Of a stretch of DNA of 64,000 nucleotides, positions 51,943 to 64,000 are shown in pieces (position 1 is the first letter of the stretch; each line of letters starts with the position of its first letter). The position numbers were made by a program, and so were the translations under genes. The notes beneath the pieces were generated by a model. The model saw nothing but the letters and a program-made list of their open reading frames with translations. It had not been told where the DNA came from and ran no database searches. The DNA is from Myxococcota bacterium. Lineage in GTDB: Bacteria > Myxococcota_A > UBA9160 > PR03. The DNA lies in contig JBFIML010000009.1 in assembly GCA_041611735.1 (NCBI GenBank), forward strand, positions 28,545 through 92,544, read 5' to 3'.

Positions 51943-53432
51943 GCCGCTACGTCATGGCCCTCGACCAGGGCACGACCTCCTCGCGAGCGATCCTCTTCGG
52001 CCGTGCCGGTGAGATCGTGGCCGTCGACCAGCACGAGTTCCCCCAGCACTACCCGAAGCCGGGCTGGGTGGAGCACGACCCGGGCGAGATCTGGGACAGC
52101 CAGCTCCGCGCCGCCCGCGGCGTGCTGGCCAAGGCGGGTGCCACGGGAGCCGACGTGGCGGCCATCGGCATCACCAACCAGCGCGAGACGGCCCTGGTGT
52201 GGGAGCGCCGCAGCGGCGAGCCGATCCACCGGGCCATCGTGTGGCAGTCCCGCCAGACCGCACCGATCTGCGAGGCCCTCCGCGCCCGGGGTCTGGAGGA
52301 GGAGGTGCGGGCGCGCACCGGGCTCGTGATCGACGCGTACTTCTCGGGCACCAAGGTGCGTTTCATCCTCGACGCGGTGGCGGGCGCCCAGCAGCGCGCC
52401 GAGCGGGGCGAGCTGGCCTTCGGCACCGTGGACAGCTGGGTGGTCCAGCGGCTCACCCGGGGCCGCGTCCACGCCACCGAGTACTCGAACGCCTCGCGCA
52501 CGCTGCTCTACAACATCCACGAGCGGGATTGGGACGACCTGCTGCTCCGGGAGCTGCGCGTCCCCCGGGCGCTGCTCCCGGAGGTGCGGGACTCGAGCGG
52601 CGTGCTCGGGACCACGGACCCGGAGTGGTTCGGGGCGGAGATCCCGATCTCCGGCATGGCTGGGGATCAGCAGGCGGCGCTCTTCGGGCAGGGCTGCTTC
52701 CAGCCCGGACGCGCCAAGAACACGTACGGGACCGGCTGCTTCCTGCTGGAGAACACCGGAATGGAGGCGCCGCGCTCCAAGAGCGGCCTCGTCACCACCA
52801 TCGCCTGGGGGCTGGCCGGGCGCGTCGAATACGCCCTGGAGGGCAGCATCTTCGTGGCGGGAGCGGCGGTGCAGTGGCTGCGCGACGGCCTGCGGATGGT
52901 GACCGACGCGGCGGAGACCGAGGCCGCCGCCCGCGCCGTGCCGGACACCGGGGGCGTCTACCTGGTGCCGGCCTTCGTGGGTCTCGGCGCGCCCTACTGG
53001 GACGAGCGGGCGCGCGGAACGGTCGTGGGGCTCACGCGCGGGACGACGCGCGAGCACCTGATCCGCGCCACGCTGGAGTCGATCGCCTACCAGACGCGCG
53101 ACGTGGTGGAGTGCGTGACGGCCGACTCGGGTCTCGCTCCGCAGACCCTGCGCGTGGACGGGGGAGCCTGCCGCAACGACTTCCTGATGCAGTTCCAGGC
53201 CGACGTGCTCGGGATTCCCGTGAGCCGTCCGGAGATGCTCGAGGTGACGGCCCTGGGTGCGGCGGCGCTGGCCGGGCTCGCCGTGGGCTTCTGGCGCGAC
53301 CGGGACGAGCTCGAGGCGGCCACCGGCCGGGCGCGCGTCTTCGAGCCCGCCTTCGAGGCGGAGCGGCGCGACGTGCTGTACGCCGGCTGGAAGCGCGCCG
53401 TGGAGCGTGCCCGGGGCTGGGCGGAGGAATGA
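51939..53432 (+). CDS. glpK: Glycerol kinase
   Basis: [39 protein letters not shown]. Confidence 0.97.
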   Translation: MSRYVMALDQGTTSSRAILFGRAGEIVAVDQHEFPQHYPKPGWVEHDPGEIWDSQLRAARGVLAKAGATGADVAAIGITNQRETALVWERRSGEPIHRAIVWQSRQTAPICEALRARGLEEEVRARTGLVIDAYFSGTKVRFILDAVAGAQQRAERGELAFGTVDSWVVQRLTRGRVHATEYSNASRTLLYNIHERDWDDLLLRELRVPRALLPEVRDSSGVLGTTDPEWFGAEIPISGMAGDQQAALFGQGCFQPGRAKNTYGTGCFLLENTGMEAPRSKSGLVTTIAWGLAGRVEYALEGSIFVAGAAVQWLRDGLRMVTDAAETEAAARAVPDTGGVYLVPAFVGLGAPYWDERARGTVVGLTRGTTREHLIRATLESIAYQTRDVVECVTADSGLAPQTLRVDGGACRNDFLMQFQADVLGIPVSRPEMLEVTALGAAALAGLAVGFWRDRDELEAATGRARVFEPAFEAERRDVLYAGWKRAVERARGWAEE

Positions 53433-54178
53433 GCCGCCGCGCCCTCGTGATTGCGCACCGGGGCGCCTCGGGCCAGCGCTCGGAGAACACGCTGCCCGCC
53501 TTCGCACTGGCCGTCGAGCAGGGCGCGGACATGATCGAGACCGACCTGCACCGGACCCGCGACGGGGCCGTGGTCGTCACCCACGACGAGGATCTGGCGG
53601 GGCTCGGGGGCCACGGCGAGATCGCCGACGCCACCCTGGCCGAGGTGCGGGCCCTCGACGCGGGCGGGGGGGAGCGGGTGCCGCTGCTCCAGGAGGTGCT
53701 CGACGCCTTCGGGACGCTCATCCCGTTCAACCTGGAGCTCAAGCGGGGAGGGCGGGCCGAGTACCAGGGGCTCGAGGCGGCGGCGGCCGGGGAGGTGGCG
53801 CGGCGGGGACTCCTGGCGCAGACGCTGTTCTCCTGCTTCTACGACCCGGTCCTGGCCCGGCTGCGGGAGCTCGAGCCGCGGGCGCGGATCGGCCTGCTGG
53901 TGGCGCGCCGCTATCCCCGGGAGGCGGTGAAGCGGGCTCGGGCCCTGGGCGCCGAGGCCCTGCATGCAGAGGCGGGTCTGGTGGACGGGCGCCTGGTGGA
54001 GGAGGCCCACGCCGCCGGGCTCGCGGTCCACGTCTTCACCGTGGACGCCCCCCGGGCCATGCGGCGTTTCCTGGCCCTCGGGGTGGACGGGATCTTCACC
54101 AACCACCCGGACCGGATGCGGGCCCTGCTTTCTTCCCCGGGGGAAGAGGCAGGGCCGTGCCGCCTTTCGAAGTCTTGA
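53429..54178 (+). CDS. Glycerophosphodiester phosphodiesterase (cytoplasmic, UgpQ-like)
   Basis: [29 protein letters not shown]. Confidence 0.92.
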   Translation: MSRRALVIAHRGASGQRSENTLPAFALAVEQGADMIETDLHRTRDGAVVVTHDEDLAGLGGHGEIADATLAEVRALDAGGGERVPLLQEVLDAFGTLIPFNLELKRGGRAEYQGLEAAAAGEVARRGLLAQTLFSCFYDPVLARLRELEPRARIGLLVARRYPREAVKRARALGAEALHAEAGLVDGRLVEEAHAAGLAVHVFTVDAPRAMRRFLALGVDGIFTNHPDRMRALLSSPGEEAGPCRLSKS

Positions 54179-54204
54179 CGTTTCGCGCTGTCATGCCCTA
54201 AACG
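54175..54204 (+). promoter_or_regulatory. Candidate promoter for lrp-gltBD
   Basis: TTGACG-18 nt-TAAACG. Confidence 0.5.
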
Positions 54205-54230
54205 TTTGGCGGGGGAAGCGAAGCAGCCTT

Positions 54231-54794
54231 ATGAAATTCGATCATCCCGAGCCGACCAGCCCGGAAGCGGACCTGGACACGACCGACCGAGAGATCCTCG
54301 AGCTGCTGCAGGAGAACTGCAAGCGACCGCTCGCTGCCATCGGCGAGAAGGTGGGCCTCACCGCCCCGTCCGTGATGGAGCGCATCCACAAGCTGGAGGC
54401 CGCCGGCGTGATCCGGGCCTACGTGGCCCTGCTGGATGCCCGTGCCGTGGGCAGGGACGTGACCGCCTTCATCGGCGTCTCCATCAGCCATCCCCGCGCC
54501 GTCACGTCCTTCGAGCGCGAGATGGAGGGCGCACACGAGGTGCTCGACTGCCATCACGTGACGGGCAGTCACACGCTCATGGTGAAGCTCAAGACGGAGA
54601 ACACCCGCACCCTCGAGCGTTTCATCGACCGCATCCGCTCGATCGAGGGCGTCACCGCCACGGAGACCATGGTCGTGCTCTCCACCCACACCGAGCGGAC
54701 GCGCGTGTCCCTCGACGTCGCCGAAGCTCCCGTGCCCCGGCGCGCTCGGCGCGCCCCACCCGGCCGGGTCAAGCGGGCCGCCGGGTCCGCTTGA
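54231..54794 (+). CDS. Lrp/AsnC family transcriptional regulator
   Basis: LDTTDREILELLQ, HTH, LEAAGVIRAY, CHHVTG. Confidence 0.93.
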   Translation: MKFDHPEPTSPEADLDTTDREILELLQENCKRPLAAIGEKVGLTAPSVMERIHKLEAAGVIRAYVALLDARAVGRDVTAFIGVSISHPRAVTSFEREMEGAHEVLDCHHVTGSHTLMVKLKTENTRTLERFIDRIRSIEGVTATETMVVLSTHTERTRVSLDVAEAPVPRRARRAPPGRVKRAAGSA

Positions 54795-54818
54795 TCCCGC
54801 GTGAGGAGGTCCCCCTTC

Positions 54819-59322
<4,504 letters not shown>

Positions 59323-59330
<8 letters not shown>

Positions 59331-60786
59331 GCCCACCGGGTTCCTCGAGTACGAGCGCGAGGAGACGCCGTATCGGCCGGTGGAGCGGCGGGTCGGCGAC
59401 TGGCGTCACGTGCAGGATGATGCGCCGCCCGATTCCGTGCAGCGGCAGGCGGCCCGGTGCATGGACTGCGGGATCCCGTTCTGCAACCAGGGCTGCCCGC
59501 TCGGCAACGTGATTCCGGACTGGAACGACCTCGTCTTCCGCGACAAGTGGGAGGACGCCCTGGTCCGCCTGCACTCCACCAACAACTTCCCGGAGTTCAC
59601 CGGCCTGGTGTGCCCGGCGCCCTGCGAGGCGGCCTGCGTGCTGGGCATCAACGACGACCCGGTCACGATCAAGCAGGTGGAGTGGGAGATCGTCCGGCGC
59701 GGCTGGCAGGAGGGCTGGGTGCGCCCGGTGAGGCCGGAGCGGCGCAGCGGGCGCTCGGTGGCCGTGGTGGGCTCCGGGCCGGCCGGCCTGGCGGCGGCCC
59801 AGCAGCTGAGCCGGGCCGGTCACACGGTGACGGTCTTCGAGAAGAGCGACCGCGTCGGCGGGCTGCTCCGCTATGGCATTCCCGACTTCAAACTGGAGAA
59901 GTGGATCATCGACCGGCGTTTGGAGCAGATGCGGGAGGAAGGCGTGCTGTTCCAGACCGGCGTGCAGGTGGGACGCGACCTCTCGACTGCGGACCTGCGA
60001 CGCGGCTTCGATGCCGTGGTGCTTTGCATGGGCTCGGAGCAGCCGCGCGACCTCCCGATCCCGGGCCGCGACCTGGAGGGCATCCACTTCGCCATGGACT
60101 TCCTCACCCAGCAGAATCGCCGGGTGGCCGGAGACGACGTGGCCGCGGACGCGGAGATCCTCGCTACGGGCCGGCATGCGGTGATCCTGGGCGGGGGCGA
60201 TACGGGCTCCGACTGCGTGGGCACGTCCCACCGCCAGCGCGCCCGGGCCGTCACCTCCATCGAGCTGCTGGAGCGTCCCCCGGACAGCCGCGACGCCTCG
60301 ACGCCCTGGCCCCTGTGGCCCCTCGTGTTCCGCTCCTCGAGCTCCCACACGGAGGGAGGGGCGCGGGAGTTCGCGGTGATGACCAAGGAGTTCCTGGGCT
60401 CCGGCGGGCGGGTGGAGAAGCTGCGCGCGGTGCGGGTGGCCTTCGGGCCGCCGGATCCCCAGACCGGCCGGCGGGCCATGGAGGAAGTGCCCGGCAGCGC
60501 CTTCGAGCTGCCGGCGGACCTGGTGCTGCTGGCCATGGGCTTCGTCCATCCCGTCCACGAGGGGCTGTTGGAGGAGCTCGACGTCCGGCTCGACCCCCGG
60601 GGCAACGTCGCTGCGGACGCGCGCAGCTTCGCCACCAGCGAGCCGGGCGTATTCGCCGCCGGGGACTGCCGGCGGGGACAGTCCCTGGTGGTGTGGGCGC
60701 AGTGGGAGGGGCGCGAGTGCGCCCGCGCCGTGGACCGCTATCTCGCGGGGGACTCGGCACTGCCCGCTCGCGACGCCTACGTCTAG
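59323..60786 (+). CDS. gltD: Glutamate synthase small subunit
   Basis: [38 protein letters not shown]. Confidence 0.97.
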
Positions 60787-60809
60787 GCCGGGAAACGGCC
60801 GGATCGCGC

Positions 60810-60839
60810 TTGACGCCTGCGCGCCGCGGCCGGTACGAT
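60810..60839 (+). promoter_or_regulatory. Sigma70-type promoter for zapB-zapA-ygfA-tyrS
   Basis: TTGACG-18 nt-TACGAT. Confidence 0.7.
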
Positions 60840-60859
60840 CCGGTGGATCGGGGGGGTCC

Positions 60860-61120
60860 ATTCCGCACGCGGCGTCCAGAGCCTACGACTTCGCGCGGCT
60901 CGAGCGCGCAGTGGCGGCCCTGTTGCGGCGTCACGCCGAGATGACGCGCCAGAACGCCGAGATCCGGCGTCGGCTGGTGGAGCGTGAGCGGCGCATCCAC
61001 ACCCTGGAGTCGCAGCTGCGCGAGGGCAACCAGAGGCGCCAGGACGTTGGGAAGCGCGTGGAGGAGCTGATCGCGCAGCTGGATCAACTCGACGCCCAGT
61101 TCGGGCCCCCGGGCGACTGA
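60860..61120 (+). CDS. Small coiled-coil protein, ZapB-like; possible ATT start
   Basis: Heptad pattern, directly upstream of zapA; first canonical start is GTG 60911. Confidence 0.7.
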   Translation: MPHAASRAYDFARLERAVAALLRRHAEMTRQNAEIRRRLVERERRIHTLESQLREGNQRRQDVGKRVEELIAQLDQLDAQFGPPGD

Positions 61121-61128
61121 GCGCCGCC

Positions 61129-61437
61129 GTGACCGACAAGCGATCGGTCGCCGTGCGGATCCTTGGCAAGGAGTACCGCATCCGGACCGACGCCGAGCAG
61201 GCGGCGGTGGAACGCCTGGCGCGTTTCGTGGACGAGACCATGACGCGCATCCGCCAACGCACCGGCACGGTCGACAGCCTCGACCTGGCGGTGCTGGCGG
61301 CCCTGAACCTGGCCAATGACCTGCTCGCCCTGCGCGAGAGCGCTGGAGACGCCGCCGACGCGCCGAAGCGGCTGCGCGACCTGGTAGACCGCGTGGAGGC
61401 CGCCGTCGGCCGAGCGGCCTCCCCCCCGGCGGCCTGA
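61129..61437 (+). CDS. zapA: Cell division protein ZapA
   Basis: VRILGKEYRI, LARFVDETM, AVLAALNLA. Confidence 0.93.
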   Translation: MTDKRSVAVRILGKEYRIRTDAEQAAVERLARFVDETMTRIRQRTGTVDSLDLAVLAALNLANDLLALRESAGDAADAPKRLRDLVDRVEAAVGRAASPPAA

Positions 61438-61448
61438 GCAGACCGCGC

Positions 61449-62042
61449 ATGGCGGAGACGGCGGGCGAGAAGGCCCGCCTGCGTCGGGAGCTGCTCGCGC
61501 GCCGACGCCGCGTCGTCCCGGAAGTGGCGGCCGCCGCCGGACGCGAGATGGCAGCCCACGCAGCGGCCGCTCCCGAGTTCGCCGCCGCCCGCTGCATCGC
61601 CTTGTATGCCGCGCTCTCCGACGAGATCGCCACGGCGCCCCTCTTCGAGGCGGCCCGCCGCCGCGGCAAGCACGTGCTCTTCCCGCGCATGGTGGCGACG
61701 GGCCGTCGGCTCGAGTTTGCGCCGGCCGCGCGCTTCGAGGATCTTCGCCCGGGCCCCTGGGGCGTGCCGGAGCCGGCGCCGGAGGCGCCGGCGGAGCCGC
61801 TGGGTGTCGATGCGCTGGTGTTCGTGCCGGGCGTCGCCTTCGACCGGGTGGGAAACCGGCTCGGGCGGGGGCAGGGCTTCTACGATCGGACCTTTCCGCC
61901 GGGTGGTCCGGGCCAGCCGCTCCTGTTCGGGCTGGCCTTCCACTTCCAGCTGCTGGAGGCGGTGCCCCAGGCGCAGGACGACCGGCCCATGGACGCGGTG
62001 GTGACGGAGCGGGGGATCCATCGGATGGCGCGGCGGAGGTGA
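61449..62042 (+). CDS. ygfA: 5-formyltetrahydrofolate cyclo-ligase
   Basis: KARLRR, GVPEP, VPGVAFD..GNRLGRGQGFYDR. Confidence 0.93.
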   Translation: MAETAGEKARLRRELLARRRRVVPEVAAAAGREMAAHAAAAPEFAAARCIALYAALSDEIATAPLFEAARRRGKHVLFPRMVATGRRLEFAPAARFEDLRPGPWGVPEPAPEAPAEPLGVDALVFVPGVAFDRVGNRLGRGQGFYDRTFPPGGPGQPLLFGLAFHFQLLEAVPQAQDDRPMDAVVTERGIHRMARRR

Positions 62043-63328
62043 AGCAGATGGGCGGGCGGCTGGAGCGCGAGGTGGAGCGCCAGCTCGGCCGCATCCGGGA
62101 GGGCGCCGAGGAGCTGCTCGGGGAGGAGGAGCTGCGGGCCCGGCTGCGCCAGGCGGCAGATGGCGGCCCGCCCCTGCGGGTCAAGCTGGGCGTCGACCCG
62201 TCCACGCCCGACCTGCACCTCGGGCACACGATCGTGGTCCAGAAGCTGCGTGTCTTCCAGGAGCTGGGCCACGTGGCCATCTTCCTGATCGGGGACTTCA
62301 CGGCCCGGATCGGAGACCCCTCGGGGCGCAAGAAGACCCGACCGGCCCTGGATGCCGCGACCGTCCGGTGCAACGCCGAGACCTACCTGGAGCAGGTCGG
62401 GCGCATCCTCGACGTGGAGCGTGCCGAGGTGCGCTTCAACGCCGAGTGGATGGCGCCGCTCCCGGCACAGGACTTCATCCGCCTCTGCTCCCATTACACG
62501 GTGGCTCGCCTCCTCGAGCGGGACGACTTCCAGCAGCGCTTCGCAGCCGGCGAGCCGATCTCCGTCCACGAGTTCCTGTATCCCTTCGTCCAGGCCTACG
62601 ACTCGGTGGTGCTGCGGGCTGACGTCGAGCTCGGAGGGAGCGACCAGCGCTTCAACCTCCTGATGGCCCGGGAGGTCCAACGGGCCTACGAGCAGCCGCC
62701 CCAGGCGGTGGTGCTGCATCCCCTCCTGGTCGGCACCGACGGGCGCGAGAAGATGTCGAAGAGCCTCGGGAACGACATCGGAATCAACGAGTTGCCCGAG
62801 GAGGTCTACGGCAAGACCATGCGGCTCTCAGACGAGACCATGCTCGGGTACTACGACCTGCTCTCGGCGGGTCTGTGGAAGGACCTGCGAGCCGCCCGGG
62901 TCGCCCTGGGCCGGGGCCAGGGGGATCCCTTCGCGTTCAAGCAGCAAATGGCCCGGCGCATCGTGGAGCGCTTCCACGGTTCGGAGGCGGCCGAGCGCGC
63001 CGAGGCCCACTTCCGGCGCGTGGTGCGCCAGGGCGAGGCGCCGGAGGACCTCCCGGAGCGCGAGCTGGTGCTCGGCGAGCCGGCGGGGATCGGTCTCCTG
63101 GAGCTGCTCGAGCGGCTCGAGCTGGTGGAGAGCCGCAGCGCGGGGCGGCGGCTCGTATCCCAGGGGGCGGTGCTCGTGGACGGGGAGCGCGTCGCCGAGC
63201 CGACCCGGCGCCTCGGGGCGGGCCGCTACCTGATCCGCGCCGGACGTCGTCGGTACGCCCGGGTCCGCCTGGTGACCAGGCGCTCCTCCCCCCGGAGGGG
63301 GGCTGAGGGGCCGGGAGGGCGCTCTTGA
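62039..63328 (+). CDS. tyrS: Tyrosyl-tRNA synthetase
   Basis: GVDPSTPDLHLGH, QAYDS, ELGGSDQ, KMSKSLGN, C-terminal S4-like domain. Confidence 0.96.
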   Translation: MKQMGGRLEREVERQLGRIREGAEELLGEEELRARLRQAADGGPPLRVKLGVDPSTPDLHLGHTIVVQKLRVFQELGHVAIFLIGDFTARIGDPSGRKKTRPALDAATVRCNAETYLEQVGRILDVERAEVRFNAEWMAPLPAQDFIRLCSHYTVARLLERDDFQQRFAAGEPISVHEFLYPFVQAYDSVVLRADVELGGSDQRFNLLMAREVQRAYEQPPQAVVLHPLLVGTDGREKMSKSLGNDIGINELPEEVYGKTMRLSDETMLGYYDLLSAGLWKDLRAARVALGRGQGDPFAFKQQMARRIVERFHGSEAAERAEAHFRRVVRQGEAPEDLPERELVLGEPAGIGLLELLERLELVESRSAGRRLVSQGAVLVDGERVAEPTRRLGAGRYLIRAGRRRYARVRLVTRRSSPRRGAEGPGGRS

Positions 63329-63353
63329 CGCTGGAGGGGCCCAGTCTTAGACT
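63325..63353 (+). promoter_or_regulatory. rRNA operon promoter
   Basis: TTGACG-17 nt-TAGACT; the -35 overlaps the tyrS stop. Confidence 0.75.
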
Positions 63354-63445
63354 CGTTTTCTCGTCGAGGACGCTCCGTTCCGGGAGCGCACCCTCGGCTT
63401 GTCTTCGCCTCGGGGGCTCCTGACAAGCGTCCGAGCGCCTCGTCC

Positions 63446-63458
63446 GGTCTTTGAAAAC
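63446..63458 (+). promoter_or_regulatory. boxA antitermination element of the rrn leader
   Basis: GGTCTTTGAAAAC about 180 nt before 16S. Confidence 0.75.
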
Positions 63459-63635
63459 CGAATAGCGTGCGGTCTTTGGCGGGCGTTGGGGAACGCCCGC
63501 GAAGACGGTGACGAGCCGCATTTCCCCATCGATCGGAGCTCGTCGTCGGGCTGGCCCCGGCTGGCCCGCCGACTCGGCTCCGGATTCCGAACGAATCGCG
63601 CGGTGTGCGCTGAGGCGCGCATCGTGCGCAGGTTC

Positions 63636-64000
<365 letters not shown>

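Noticed and set aside
60786..60800. GGCCG-GGAAA-CGGCC hairpin after gltD
   Set aside because: Five-bp stem with no U-tract; too weak to call a terminator
63318..63330. CGCTCTTGAC at the tyrS end matching the 24036 inverted repeat arm
   Set aside because: A 10-bp match explained by the rrn -35 box; likely chance

Overview
High-GC bacterial chromosomal window, almost entirely core genome. Gene content (lpxI, DUF4388, RemA/DUF370, SMC, N-terminally extended BamA) suggests a deltaproteobacterium-like / Myxococcota-type diderm; this is inference and was not checked against a database. Order: partial Cys-rich membrane protein, DUF4388 protein, phoH-ybeY-lnt-prfB (+1 programmed frameshift)-lysS-lolC/E-lolD, bamA-skp-lpxA-lpxI-gnnA-like-lpxB-waaA-lpxK, then an LPS core region (Kdo-kinase-like, lptF, two GT9, two GT4, two more LPS kinases, a GT-C membrane protein, hldA). 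It continues with yicC-remA-gmk-rel, an MsbA-like exporter, rpmB, purM, GT2 plus a heterodimeric ABC exporter, a sulfatase-fold lipoprotein, smc, a PHP-type hydrolase, ftsY-glpK-GDPD, lrp-gltBD, zapB-zapA-ygfA-tyrS and the 5' end of a 16S rRNA gene. I found no mobile element, CRISPR array or defence system, and no clearly new multi-gene system. The most unusual signals are: (i) four conserved genes that seem to need non-canonical start codons (CTG, ATC, ATT); (ii) a divergent pair of related LPS kinases separated by a 3x16-bp tandem repeat; (iii) a perfect 17-bp inverted repeat made from the last codons of two convergent genes; (iv) domain additions to LolC/E and BamA; (v) probable leaderless promoters; (vi) canonical neighbours missing from their usual positions (6S RNA, lptG, lpxD/fabZ, gnnB, rpoZ). 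Product calls rest on motifs recognised by eye, and many start sites are best estimates.
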